63,830 nt of DNA, filler included, from Octopus bimaculoides (GCF_001194135.2; 6 parts of 6 records of this genome joined end to end with filler, not necessarily neighbours in it); one strand, 5' to 3'. Positions 12,765 through 26,197 are shown, numbered from the whole stretch's first letter. Translations and numbers: made by a program. Notes: a model not told the origin generated them from the sequence alone.

Positions 12765-12829
12765 TATATATGTATGTATGTGTGTGTGTTTAAGTGTGTG
12801 TCTGTGTATGTGCTTGTCCCACACCTACT

Positions 12830-13095
12830 CCTTGATGACCAGTGTATGTGTGTATATATATATGTGTGTGTATATATATAAGTGTGTGTTTGTTTGTATC
12901 TGTATTTGTCCCCCCCCCATCGCTTGACAACCGATGCTGGTGTGTTTAAGTCCCCCTAACTTTGCGGTTCGGCAAAAGAGACTGATAGAATAAGTACTAG
13001 GCTTACAAAGAATAAGTCCTGGGGTCGATTTGCTCGAATAAAAGACAGTGCTCCAGCATGGCCGCTGCCAAATGACTGAAACAAATAAAATAAAA
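12830..13095 (+). mobile_element. SINE family 3, 3' half with (AATAAAAG)n tail
   Basis: cgcttgacaaccgatgctggtgtgttt...gcggttcggcaaaagagac...ggggtcgatttg...ctccagcatggccg. Tail of aataaaag repeats. Confidence 0.75.
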
Positions 13096-13310
13096 GAATA
13101 AAAGAATAAAAGAATATTCTGAGGATTCCAAACGTATCCTAATGAAATCCTTATTGTCCTTTGTACAGCCTGAAGATTTTTCTTATAAAGTATTTAAAAT
13201 GCAAAGTTATGTATTTATTAATATTTTGTGGGTGAATATGTTGATTAATTAACAGATTAATTTGTATCCATTAGATCTCTCTGTTTGTAACTCGATAATA
13301 TATATATATA

Positions 13311-13662
13311 TACGAGAGTGAGTGAAAAAGTAATGCCATTTTGTTTAGGACAGGTATAATTACCAACACAGGAACATGTATCATACATCAAAATGAAGCT
13401 GGTCCTCTGTGGATCACATCCCTAATTCTCAACGTAGTCACTGTTTCTGTCAATAGCAATGTTCCACTCTCGAATGAGAGCATGTACCCCTGCCCTGTAA
13501 AATTCTGTTGATTGTTCTTTGAGCTACTTCTTCACTACAATTTTTCATTCCTCGTCACTGGACTATCATCTCTTTCGCCCCATGAAAGAGGGTTTGAGAG
13601 GCAAACATTATTCCAGTGACATTATTCCAGTGACATTATTCCAGTGACATTATTCCAGTGAC
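13311..13662 (-). mobile_element. Rearranged mariner transposase 3' fragment with terminal TA-CGAG end
   Basis: Minus 13562 to about 13425 reads SSDEE*KIVVKK*LKEQSTEFYRAGVHALIREWNIAIDRNSDYVEN*. Plus 13561-13620 reads DYHLFRPMKEGLRGKHYSSD, the motif that follows SPDLAPS in mariners. Confidence 0.85.
13607..13662. repeat. 4 x 14-bp tandem repeat attattccagtgac
   Basis: Four exact copies read directly from the sequence. Confidence 0.95.
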
Positions 13663-13859
13663 AAGGTTTGCAAATCTAATTGAGGTCTCAAAAGACATTT
13701 TAAAATCCACAAAGATCAGAACTTATCTGCAGTTCTTGGTGGTCCAAATCGGATATCCAATTATGTAGGTTTCTTTTCAAAACATTGGCTGGTTTAAAAA
13801 GCCACATCAGACGCCATGTTGGTTCTAAGATGTAGGTACAGGAGGGGGTCAAACTCTGC

Positions 13860-14045
13860 ATAAGGAGTAGACAACCACCATATCTGTCATAATTCAATTC
13901 TATTTCAAGATTCCTTGCCAATAGAGAAAGAGCCGGTTTCTAACCCAGATCCGAGTCTCCTTCATTGGAATTTCATGATCAACAACAGGGTATTTTTGAA
14001 TGTATGTAAATGTGCAGATTTGTGTGTTCTGTTTTATGGATGTCT
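13860..14045 (-). mobile_element. 3'-UTR fragment of the same RLE LINE family
   Basis: Shares agagaaagagccggtttcta...gatcc...ggtatttttg...agatttgt with 38980-39100. Confidence 0.6.
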
Positions 14046-14288
14046 GCTGTTTTCGTTCTCTTCCTCGGTTTAGCTGTTGTTGATGTTGTGTCCAGCCATG
14101 TTGATTGTAGTAACTCTCTGCATGCTAAATTCAAGTTTCAGTCGAAAATCACTACGATCGTGAATAAAAGGCTCCCTCAGTTAATTCATCTGAAGATTAA
14201 CCAGTTATTTAACAGGGCTTCAAAGATGGAGATGGTATTCATCGTATTTTCGATAGTCTCCCACACTAAATACGCGACTTGTCGCTCC

Positions 14289-14319
<31 letters not shown>

Positions 14320-14450
14320 TGTATGTATGTATGTATGTATGTGTGCATATATGTATATATGTATACAGCGAAGTAGAGAAAAAAAAAGAGGAAATTCATA
14401 GATAAATAGTATGAGAGACATAAGTAATCGAGGAGGAACAATGTAGGGAC

Positions 14451-14482
<32 letters not shown>

Positions 14483-14659
14483 GGGGGTAGTAGAGGAGAG
14501 TGACAGGGGAGAGAGGTACTGCGAGTGTGTGCTTGTGTGTGAATCTGTAGGTGATTGTGTATGCGAGTGCGTTTGTGCTTGTGCGTACGAATGTGTGTGG
14601 TGTATACGTGTGTATGTGATATATATATATAGTGTATATATATATATATATATATATAT

Positions 14660-14759
14660 NNNNNNNNNNNNNNNNNNNNNNNNNNNNNNNNNNNNNNNNN
14701 NNNTTAATTAATTAANNNNNNNNNNNNNNNNNNNNNNNNNNNNNNNNNNNNNNNNNNNN
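14660..14759. other. Assembly spacer: 44 N + TTAATTAATTAA + 44 N (also near 35.98, 50.31, 59.99 and 61.89 kb)
   Basis: The same 12-mer, with stops in all six frames, sits inside N runs five times and forms a 100-bp block. Not biological. Confidence 0.95.
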
Positions 14760-15255
14760 ATATATATATATATATATATATATATAGAACCTGGCTCCTC
14801 TGTCTGTTATGATGTCAGGAGTTCGAGTTGATTTGACCAGTGAAACAGCCTGCTTGGGAAATTAACATACAAGTGGCTAAGACTCCACAGACATGTAAAA
14901 TGTAGTTCTCAGAGCGATTGAGCATGACACTGCGTCAGGCTGGCTCTTTCAATTACATGTTCAACTCGTTTTTGCCGGCTGAGTGGACTGGAGCAATGTG
15001 AAAGAAAGCATCTTGCTTAAGCACAATGTGCCGCAGGGAATTGAGATCACAGCCCTACGACTGACCATGAGCTGAATGCGCTGGCCTGTTTGTGTATGCA
15101 TATGTGTGTGTGTGTGTGTGTACATTCCTATTTAAAATTCATAAATGACTGCAGGAAATTATACAATGAACTTCATTAGCTTACAACCTTTTGCTTATGC
15201 ATCATATATCTTCCACAATGTTTACAACAATATATATATGTGTGTATGTAAATAT

Positions 15256-15297
<42 letters not shown>

Positions 15298-15320
15298 GCA
15301 TCTATGTATATGTACATATG

Positions 15321-15363
<43 letters not shown>

Positions 15364-16719
15364 ANNNNNNNNNNNNNNNNNNNNNNNNNNNNNNNNNNNN
15401 NNNNNNNNNNNNNNNNNNNNNNNNNNNNNNNNNNNNNNNNNNNNNNNNNNNNNNNNNNNNNNNNNNNNNNNNNNNNNNNNNNNNNNNNNNNNNNNNNNNN
15501 NNNNNNNNNNNNNNNNNNNNNNNNNNNNNNNNNNNNNNNNNNNNNNNNNNNNNNNNNNNNNNNNNNNNNNNNNNNNNNNNNNNNTATATATATATATATA
15601 TATATATATTTGGAGTTCAACTTCTGCTGGGATCACCTTTACCTCTCATCCTTTCAGCATCAATAAGTACTGGTCAAGCACTGGGGTTGATGTAATTGAC
15701 TAATTCCCTCCCACTAACATTGCTGGCATTATGCCAATAATAATAATAATCCTTTCTACTATAGGCACAAAGTCTGGATTTTGTGGGGAGGGGTAAGTCA
15801 ATTACATCGACCCCAGTACTCAACTAGTGCTTAATTTATTGACCCCAAAAAGCCGAGAGGCAAAGTTGACCTTGGCAATATTTGAACTCAGAACGTAGCA
15901 GCAGATGAAATACCACTAAGCATTTCGACCAGCGTGCTAATGATTCTAATAATAATAATAATAATAATGGTTTTAAGCTTTGGCACACGGTCAGTAATTT
16001 CAGGTAATGGGTAAATTGATTACATTTAATCCTGCTACTTTTTTTTATTGACCCAGAAAGGATGAAAGGCAAAGTAGACTTTGACAGAATTTGAACTCAA
16101 AACATGAATTTTGTTCTGCCAGCTTGTCACCTTAACAGCTGTGATAATAACAGTTTCTGATCTAAGCACAAAGTCTACAATTTTGATGGGTCCTTGGCGA
16201 TCCAGTGAAACCAAGTCTTCAATTAGTTCATTATTTTATTGACCTTAGAAGGATGAAAAAGGTACGTTGGCCTCAGCGGAATTTGAGCTCAGCATATAAA
16301 GACTCTGATGAAATGCTGTTTAGCATTTTGTCCAACATGCTAACAATTCTGCCCGTCCATCGTCCTTTCCTACAAAAACAACATCATCATCATCGTTTAA
16401 TGTTCATCTTCCATGCTAGCATGGGTGGGATGGTTCTACAAGAGCCGGCCAGGCCGAAGCCTGCCAAAATCATCTGTGACTGTTTTGGCAGGATTTTTAC
16501 AGCTGGATGCACTTTCCAACACTAACCACTCAGCAGAGTGGATTTAGTGCTTTTTACATGGCACAAGCACAGGCGAGGTCAGTTTTGGCAAGGTTGTTAC
16601 AGTTGGATGGCTTTCCGAACACCAACCACTTTACAACATAGACTGGGTGCTTATAAGTGGCACCTGCACTGACAGTAAGAAAAAGCAATAACACATTTAT
16701 ATATATATTTTTATTCCAG

Positions 16720-16813
16720 AATTTGGGTAACCTACACTTCTTCTTCGCGAATACAACAATTCCGTGATGCTCTCTGCACTCAAACAGCATCTGACATTAT
16801 ATCTACTATAACG
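16720..16813 (+). CDS. Internal coding exon of an unidentified gene: IWVTYTSSSRIQQFRDALCTQTASDIISTIT
   Basis: Acceptor tttttattccag, donor ACG|GTAAGT, 94 bp, exactly one open frame. Retains CpGs within a CpG-poor region. Confidence 0.6.
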
Positions 16814-18079
16814 GTAAGTATTGCTCCACAAACTAGCAACCTTCTATGTTCACATGAATTAGAATGCTGGAACTTAGCAATCATATTGTAATACTTATGT
16901 TCAAGTGAGTTTTGTTTCTATTTTTCATGTTTCTGTATATGTCTATGTGGTGTGGGGTAGGGTGGAGGCATGTTACCATGGAGTTTTTGTCATTTGTATT
17001 TGTTGTGTTTCAATATATGAGGAGGTAAACTGGCAGAGTTGTTTGAGCTTTGGGTAGAATAATACCGTGCTGTATTTGTTCTACCTGTCTGCATTCTGAG
17101 TTCAAACTCTGCTGAGATTAACTTTGTTTTTCATTCTTGGCAGATGATAAATAGAACATTGGCCCAGTACTGGAGTTAATTCTTGTTTCTCTCTCTCTCG
17201 CTCTCTCTCTTTCTTTATTTCTTCCTCAGCTTGCATACCAATCTCCAGCTTTGCCATATTGGTTCTACCCAACAATTATACTGTGGGCACACATGTCAGT
17301 GGAGTACACAACCATTTTCACATGTCAATTTAATGAGTAGATATCCAGTCAATCAAACAAAACGCTCATTTTCAGAATCTGAATGAGAATCCACAACCTC
17401 AGTGTTTTAAAAGAAATTTACATTGTGCTTAGCAAATAGTTTTTAAATCATGGAAGAGCCTTGATAACCTCTTTTTTTTTTTTTTTGCTAGTACTCTATC
17501 CTATAAAATGTCAAAACTACTTTTTTGTTTATCCTATGTGGTTCGATCAAAGATGTATAATTCTTGTTCTTCTATCTTTGCCAGAGGACTTTCAGTGACA
17601 GGATTTTCTTATTGTTTTACATGTACTTCTTGAGTTATCCATTGCATATCCCTTCATTGTTATCTCATCATCATTTAACATCTGTTTTCCATGCTGGCAA
17701 GCAGGAGAGCTGCACCAGGATCCAGTCTGATTTGGATTGGTTTTTACAACTGGATACCCTCCCTAATGCCAACCACTTTACAGAGTGTGCTGGGTGCTTT
17801 TTACATGGCATCGGTATGAGTGTTTTTTTTATGTGGCTCCAGCACTGGAGCTTCTTACATGGTGGTTTGAAGGAGTTTAAAATAATTATCTGAGAAACAA
17901 ATACAGGGAAACTAATTGCTGCAGTAGTGTGTCCAAGTGATAATCCAACTTTTGAATAAAACTTACCTGGACTGTATGCTTTTGTAACGAGACCCTTCTT
18001 GTGTTTAAAATGATTTCATCCTTTTTGATTTAAATACTGATTTATACATTCAGTGAAAATACTACAGATTTAATATAGG

Positions 18080-18290
18080 TTTCAAATTTTGGCTCAAGGT
18101 CAATAATTTCAGGGTAGGGGTTAAGTTGATTACATTGACCCCAGTGTTCAACTGGTACTTATATTATCGACCCTGAAAGGATGAAAGAATAAGTCAGCCT
18201 TGGTGGAATTTGAACTCAGAACTTAAACTCAGATGAAATACTGTGAAGCATTTTGCTGGCATGCTAACGATTCTGCCAGCTTATCACCTT
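18080..18290 (-). mobile_element. Family-1 SINE, CpG-decayed
   Basis: Reverse homologue of 3630-3845 with most CpG sites changed to TpG/CpA. Confidence 0.7.
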
Positions 18291-21200
18291 ACCTTTATTG
18301 ATTTAATTTCATTGATATGTTGTTACTGATTGCCTAAGCTGAAGGCTCATAACTAATTGATTATCATTCTGAATCTCCTCACAAAGATTGCTTTCTGATC
18401 GTCCATATATTTCACTGAGCCATGCAATATCATATCTATAAACAGACATGAGTTTCTTCTTTGGATAAAGCAGTAATAATATACCTGTTGGTATATTATT
18501 ATAAAGTGTAAGACTTACATATAAACCCCTAAATCACTGGTAATGTTCAGTAGCAGTTTTGCAGGAAGAATTATTTAGTACTTTTCCAGTCAGCTGTATG
18601 CAGTTGTCATCTCCTTGCTTTGAATTTTAGCTGACTTTTTAAGTTTTACTCTACGTCAATTTTTGTTTCTTGTCTTGCTAATGGCTTAGCCAAATAATGA
18701 GGGATAATGCTCATGGCCTTTTTGAAGGGATCCAAGACTAGTGAGAGAAAGATGGTGATGGGGGAGATATCCTAAGCCTGGAGGTATGGCCTAAATCTGT
18801 TTCCATCTCTGCAACAGAGACTTTCATTTCTCTGAACTTGATCACTCCTTCATAAACCAACTCAGTGCAGCTATTTCTATTCCATACTTTATTCTTACTG
18901 TGACACAACTTCAACAGAAGGTCATTCTTATGAGATCAGTATCCTCTATAGACTCCCTGCACAGGTTTTCTTTCCTATGAATTACCTAAATTAAACACCA
19001 ACTTACAGGGTTGTGGATTTGCAGTATCATTAACCCATTATCTCCCATAATTCTATTAACTGGAATTTTTTTTTATTAAACTTTGATTTCTAGCATAAAA
19101 CAGCCTTAGAAACACGCTGGAATGATCAAAATAACATTTCAAAATAACATTTTAAATAGAAATAAGCGAGATATTGGGTGAAACATTAGCAAACCTCATT
19201 TGAATATCAGAGAAATATACCTAGTAGATATAGAAAAAGGTTAGATATGTGTAAATATTGACACATAATTACGAAATTTGTAATTTTTAAGTGATCTCAT
19301 ATGAGATCACTGGTAGGTAATGGGTTAAGACATTGGAGAACAATGATTTATGGTATGTGTTCTAGCTACATTCAAATTCTGCCAAGGTCAACTTTGCCTT
19401 TTGTCCCTCTGGAGTTCATAAAATAAACTAGCGGTCAAGTACTGAGATTAGTAGCATCAACTAAATCAGAAACTACTATTTTGTATATTCTAAGGAAGAT
19501 GTCACTAGAGAATATTTTCAATGGTCTAAATATTATGCAAATTAGCTAATAAGATGGTGGCGGGCTTTCTTTCATCACTTGACCTTCTTGAAATTACATA
19601 GCACCCCTCACATGTAATGTCAGATAAAGTAAGAAAGACTCAATCTATAATGTTGTCTTGTGTGTCAAAACAAGGAGAGGATGGTCATGGTTAGAAGGTC
19701 AGTGATCATATCTCTGTTCTTCAAAGGCTGACTTGGAACCACACTACAACAAATTTTTGACATCCCTGTTCCAGGTATGCTTTAAGAAATTTTTAGTTTA
19801 CAGGTGATCTACTATATATTAATTTGGGAAAATCAAATGATTGGGAAAAATAGATGAAATAAAATATTCTTAGTAAATATTTATTCTTCTGTTTTGATAA
19901 TTCAGTATTGGTGAGATGAAAACTTTCTACTCAAATATAAAGCCAATTATTGGCTGCTAGCAGTAACGGTTCTTCAGAAAGAATTATGTAGGCAGAGGTT
20001 TCTGCTACATAAGACACGTTATGAAAAAAATCTTATCTTCTTCAGTCAGCTATAAAGAGATGTCATCTCCTTGCTTCTAATTTTAGCTGATCCATTAAAT
20101 TTTACACTACATCTGTTAAAGTTATTGAACAATCTTTTTACTTTCTTTAAGTTAATTTTTGAATTTAATTCTGTTTTTATTTTTATTTTCCATTTTTATT
20201 TTTATTTTTGCTTCCTCACCTTTAAAATAAACAACCGACTATAAAAGGTCACATCATGATAAAATTCAAAGATCTTTATGAATTTTGCTTTTAGTCTTTC
20301 AAAGACATTTCCAATTCTGAAGAAAAAAAAAAATTGTTGTTTAGATCTTGACCTAAATCAAAATACCTTTGTGTCTGTCTGCTTGTTTTCTCCTGGTTTA
20401 TTCATTTGTGACCTAGAAGAAGTATTCAAGAGACGATCACTTGAGGGTTTGTCATGTGATTCACTGATGGACCGGTGAGATAAACATTTCATCACTTCAT
20501 CTGAAAACTTTCAGTTAAGATCTCTGTTCATATTGATGCTTTTCGGATCATCAGTAATCTTTACTTGAGCAAATCAATGGCATGAATCTAGTACAACCAC
20601 ATAGGAAGCATCTTTGGGTCCAGCAGACTGGATTCTGAGCAGTATAACACCCTGAATAACAGTCTCGGGTCAAGCTAACAGTAACTAACTTGCCTTTCAT
20701 CTTTTTGGGGCTCAGTAAAATAAAGCACCAGTCTATTACTGGGGTTGATATGATCCACTTCTCCCTCCCGGAATTACTGGCTTTGTGCTAATTTTTTTGT
20801 TAGGAGAGTGGTTTTTTTTTTTACCCTAATTTTTTGTAGGTCATAGTGTATCGTATATGTTTTGAGACATAACTAAAAGGTTTGGTATCAAGAAGGTTAG
20901 GATGGGCATCCAGCAGTGCCTCAAAATCCTCTGTTTAACACAGACCCCTATGGAAAAGCAAACACAAAAATGATATTCATGAGTTTAATTAGGACTACAT
21001 TCTCCAGTGCATACTTCCCTTTGAAGCCAGCAGGAATAATTTTAAAGAGACCTGCCTCCTATTTCAAGCAGTTTGAGTGACCATGTACAGGTTCCTTCAT
21101 TGATGAGCATAATAAAGACAGTATTCTCTAATGCGTCCTTCCCTGTTATGACTGTAACATCATCACCTGTTTTTGAGTACCTTTAGCACAGTTTATTCTG

Positions 21201-21974
21201 TTGTGAGCATTTGGGACAGGTTGTCAGTTGGAAGCCTCTTTTCTTCCTACAAATCTCAAAGGCCCTCAAAACAAACGAGGTCATTCTTACTACTCTCCCC
21301 TCCTTGACTAAACAGTAAAAATATCACAAATATATATTGATGTTCTGGTTTTCTCTTCCCAAACACTAAACTCAGAACTCCACTAGTTTATCTATGTCTG
21401 GTCTCAAACCACTTAACTACTTGATAGCTGTGACCTTACATTACAGACGTCTTTCATTTTGAATAAACAAACATTTGTTTCTTACTTTCCTAGCTTTAGT
21501 TGTAATTTTCTCTAATTCTGTTTTTCTATATCTTAATTCATGTAAACTACTTTGCCTTATTTATAAGTCTGTTAATAGTTTACAGTCTATAAGCTCTTTA
21601 AGTCTTCCAGAATTTCAGTTTCTTTTTTGACTACCCATCTTCTTTTCCTAAATTGACATCTTTCATTTGTTGTCCTGGTAGTTACTTCACTTTAACACTT
21701 CATTCCATTCCTTAATTTACATTCTTGTACTAACTAAGTAATACTATTCTTATACTAAATAATACTAACTCTGTTAGCATTATTTTCTTTTCTGTCTATA
21801 TTTATCACTACAGACATTACGTAAGCTTGATTTTTGTAAACCCCAATAATTTCAATGTTGATAAAGTAGAATTCAACTACTGGATTGATATAATTGACTA
21901 ACCACCTTCACTTGTCTTGTGCTTAAATTTAACAGAAATATATTTTCATCAATTTCATGTTAGTTTCTTCTCTT

Positions 21975-22270
21975 GTCAGGTACCTCTGTGTACCATCAAG
22001 CACTCTTCTGTCCTAGCAGGTACCCCTCTATACCGTCAGTTGCATCTCTGTCCCATGAGGTCCCCACCACTGTACCATCAATTGCATTTCTGTCCCATCA
22101 AGTGCTCCCCTGTCTCTTCAGGTTCCTCCTCTGTACCATCAGGTGCCCTCTCTGTTCCATCAAATGCTTCTCTGTTCCATCAGTTGCCCCTCTCTACTGC
22201 CAATTGCTCCTCTGTCTCAACAAGCGACCCCTCTGCCACATCACTTGCATCTCTGTACCATCAAGTATAA
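21975..22270. repeat. Degenerate minisatellite, about 20-bp unit (ctctgtaccatca core)
   Basis: Recurrent tctgt(a/t/c)ccatca(a/g) motif every 18-21 bp. Confidence 0.7.
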
Positions 22271-23066
22271 CTCTGCATCCTTGAAATATGTACATCATTG
22301 TCTTTTCCATGGGATACATTTGTCTATGTATGCTACTTAGTTTTCACTTTGTTATGAGGTTTCTAGTTTTGCTGTTCCTAGTCTTACCTTAGTGTCTCAC
22401 TCATTTGTTGTAGTAGTATGTGTGTGTAATGTGTATTTTGTTATTTCATTGTGGAGTGGATGTGTTTCATTTATGTTGTGTGGGTTGTGTTATGTACTAT
22501 TGAGTATCAGGTGGTAATTAAGGCAGCAAGTTTGCAGAATCATTAGTATGTCCAATAAAAGCTTAATGGCATTTGTTTTTCTTCCCTTTGGGGTGGATAA
22601 AGTAAAATACTAGTAAAGTACTGGAGGTGATATAATCAACTTGTCCTTTCCCTTTGAGAATTACAGGCCTTGAACCCTACAAGGGACCAGTATCTCATTC
22701 AGGAGAATACTACGACCTCAGTTGCTTATGTACCATGGAAACTGGGTAGCTTACCTTACAAGCCCTAGGGGTCAAGAAAAACTAAAAAGCAATTATGTAG
22801 GGTGTGTACTATATTGGTTGCTTATGAAAAGTGTTGTAGTTCACTTGAAGCATTATAATATCGAAGAAAGTAAAAAAAAGAGAAAATAGAAAGCTTCTGA
22901 CAACGTGGAAAGTTTATTAAAACCTTTATATTTTAGGCACAAAGGCCTATCATCAGAAGAAAAGAGCAATCCCCCCAAAAATTCAGTTATGTAGGTTCCA
23001 TTAACCCATTCAAATTCCCTACCGTTATGTAATGCCTGAAATGTAAATGTTTCATTAAACTTTCAG

Positions 23067-23140
23067 CATTGTCCGAAGCTTACTATTTTCTCCCTTTCTA
23101 CCTGGTTGCTTTATATTGTTGGGTGGTAATTTTGCAGAAG
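23067..23140 (+). CDS. Candidate internal exon (LSEAYYFLPFYLVALYCWVVILQK or IVRSLLFSPFLPGCFILLGGNFAE)
   Basis: Acceptor cattaaactttcag, donor AAG|GTGAGT. Two of three frames are open, so the frame is unresolved. Confidence 0.4.
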
Positions 23141-23161
23141 GTGAGTTGCATCAATTCTTAA

Positions 23162-23828
23162 CCCTGTCAAGCGGTGTTCTCACAGTAGTGGGTATAACTT
23201 AAATGTCATCTCTGCCAGATTCCTGCTAAAGTTGTTAATGAACAACACATAGATATGAAGAAGATAACATGTTAGAGTTACACAAATAATCACATTGCAA
23301 CTTTGTAGTCAAGTGAGTTTATGACTCGTATGGTGTTCCCCATAGCTGTGATTTATTTTTATTTTTTAATCACCAAAAAAAAAAATAATAACTGACAGTT
23401 TTGTGATAAAATGTATGTGCGATGAAGTCAGGAAATTATTGATGATATTTATTCTTTAGATGAAGAGTTTACACTTATGCTGGCAATGAGAGTGATTCGG
23501 ACAATCAAATTGGTGAACATGATGAGAAAAGTAGTGATTCGCGTGAACATATATATATATAGTAGTTGAGAAATAGGCCTATTATTATTATTCTTCTGAA
23601 TTTTTTTTGTCATTCTGTCCCTTAGTTTGCCTAAGAAATATGGTACCTGAGGGAAAGGCTTAATCTTGTTATTGTCTGAATATTCTTTTTTCTTTGCTTC
23701 TGTCCTTTAGTTTGCCTGCAATCATTACTCTTGTGTTGTCTATGCAATTATTTATTTATTCTTTTTTTTTTTGTGCAGGAGCCCAGGTGGAGGGTAAAGT
23801 TAGGCACAAGGGGCCAGAGCTGAGAGGG
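23162..23828. mobile_element. Possible piggyBac-like non-autonomous remnant
   Basis: TTAA-CCCTGTCAAGC at the left end and GCTGAGAGGG-TTAG at the right. Internal acidic stretch AGNESDSDNQIGEHDEKSSDS resembles a piggyBac N-terminus. Confidence 0.35.
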
Positions 23829-24699
23829 TTAGCTGTATATGATGCATGCTATCATTTTGGGTGTCAGTTATATAAAATGAGCATTATGGTATTTTATTAG
23901 GAATTGTCTGGGTTGTGCTATGCTATTGGATTGCAATTCTGTAGTGCATTTGTAATGTGAATTATGTGCAAAAATGTGTAATATGATAGTTAAGCCTTTT
24001 AATTAAAACCTTTTGCTTCATATATTATCATTATTATTATCATTATTGTTGTTGTTGTTAGCTGTCACCCTGTTTACTCACAGTTACCCAAGTTGGGATC
24101 TTTAGATTAGCATGAAACACAGTGCAAGCAATAACATTAATTAACTGCACTGGTGCTGTCAGTTAACTTCAGCTTCATTGGGTAGAACCCAGAGTTTGTT
24201 CTTTAACTTCTGTCATAATATGAAGAAGATATTTATGAATAAGAGGTTTGCTGTCAACTATTATCACTGTTCCAAATTGTCCAACCTACTATCGTTTGCA
24301 CACAAGCACACACAACAAAACATATACAGTCACAGAAACACAAATAAATACATATTCATATACATAAATATCTACATATTCATATATATAAATATATGTA
24401 TATTCATATATATAAATATATATATATATATACACATGTGCACACACATTTATAAATCTATCTATGCACATATTACATACATATACACATATATGTATGT
24501 AGATACATATACACATATGTATGTTGATACATATACACATATATGTATGTATGTACATATAGACATATATGTCTGTATATACATACATGCATATATATGT
24601 ATGTATATGCATATATCATATATGTATATGTTTGTGTGTCAGTTGTGTATATCTATCTGTGTGTGTGTGTGTGTGTGTATGAATTATGATTTGCCGTCC

Positions 24700-24980
24700 A
24701 GTGAAGTGTGTGGCTTAGTGGTTAGAAGTATTCAGCCCATGATTGTAAAGTCACAAGTTTGATTCCTGGTGACATGTTGTGTTCTAGAGCAAGAGGCGTT
24801 ATTTCACATCATTCCAGTCCCCTCAGCTGGCAAAAACAATTTATACATGTAATTGAAAGGGCCATCTTTGTCACATTCTGTGTCACACTGAATCTCCCTG
24901 GAACCTTTGTCAAGGGTACTCATGTCTGTGGAGTGCTCAGCCATGTGCACATTACTTTCATGAGCAGGCTGTGTTCCATT
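24700..24980 (+). mobile_element. Family-2 SINE
   Basis: gtggcttagtggttagaag...gtttgattcctgg head and a body homologous to 3290-3600. Confidence 0.65.
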
Positions 24981-25159
24981 GATGTGGTGTCCATTTTTCC
25001 TTACTGGTATGGGTCGGATGTGTGTCATATTCCTCATGATCTTCTGGTATCTGTCACACACAAAAAAAACAAAAAAACCCAGCCGTCTTTATTCCTGAAT
25101 GTCTCTTGTTTCATATGTATGATATAAAAAACACACACATGTGTGTGGATGGCTTTTAT

Positions 25160-25524
25160 TTTTTATTTGTTTCAGTTATTAGACTGTGGCCATTCTGCAG
25201 CTCGAAGAATTTTTAGTCGAATGAATCGAGCCTAGTATTTAATTTTGTTAAGGTTGGTGCCTATTCTGTTGGTCTTATTTGCTGAACTGCTAAGTGACAT
25301 GGTTGTAAGCACACCAACACTGGTTTTGAGCAGTGATGGTGGGAACAGACACAGGCACAAAGACACACACACAATGGGCTTCTTCCAGTTTTTGTCTACC
25401 AAATCCACTCATAAGGCCTTGGTTGGCCCAAGGCTGTAGTAGACGACACTTGCCCACGGTGCCACACAGTGGGACTGAAACTGGAAACATGTCATTGGGA
25501 ATCAAGCTTCTTACCACAGAGCCA

Positions 25525-25530
<6 letters not shown>
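25160..25530 (-). mobile_element. Family-3 SINE
   Basis: Reverse homologue of 11330-11710 and 12830-13095. Confidence 0.7.
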
Positions 25531-25595
<65 letters not shown>

Positions 25596-25635
25596 GTATA
25601 TATGTACATACATTCATATAAGTGTGCATGTATAT

Positions 25636-25666
<31 letters not shown>

Positions 25667-26147
25667 TAGAAGGTATGCTGTACATTGGTTTTATCAACTA
25701 TCAAATTAAGTTGTAAACTTGTTTTTCATCTTTTGGTTTTATATATTATTTATTGTTTTTCTTATTGTTTTGTTTAATCAAACATTCTGCTTGAAATGCC
25801 GTGACTTGTTTTTTGTTTATTTATTATTTTTTTTCTGTAGAAGTTTTACTGTTTCATGCCTAGCTAACTGTAACCATTGAACCACGCTTTAGAAATGGCA
25901 CTTAGTTTTAGTTGCAACTAGATGGTCTGTGACTGTAGTTGTCGCTTTTGGTTATGACATCACGGAGACAATTCTGTAGTGTTCTGTGTCTAAGACTGTG
26001 TTTGAATTCATGACTTTTCAAATCAGGAATCCAGTGTCTTGAAACACTCAGAAGCCATTGTCGTCTCTTTCCAGACCAGGAGACTGGAAGAACATATGGG
26101 AAATTTCTGGAAATGATGTGTGTGAGTGAGATAGAGTAAAAGAGAGT

Positions 26148-26197
<50 letters not shown>

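Noticed and set aside
13607-13662. CRISPR-like array
   Set aside because: Repeats are contiguous with no spacers, the context is eukaryotic, and the unit derives from mariner coding sequence.
14704-14715. TTAATTAATTAA palindrome recurring five times
   Set aside because: Always embedded in 44+44 N. It is a scaffolding spacer with six-frame stops, not a biological motif.
19727-19774. In-phase 48-bp exon candidate ADLEPHYNKFLTSLFQ after exon 16720
   Set aside because: Its acceptor and first half lie in the end of a dispersed repeat (related sequence, reversed, near 10930-11000). Exonisation is possible but unsupported.
21975-22284. Three overlapping open frames as a coding exon
   Set aside because: The minisatellite unit simply lacks stops on plus, and unit lengths are not consistently multiples of three.
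25908-26120. Minus-strand terminal exon (EISHMFFQSPGLERDDNGF*) and similar minus candidates near 20.4 and 28.0 kb
   Set aside because: They are antisense to the strand favoured by T-skew and by the best exon. There is no recognisable homology and the splice context is only moderate.
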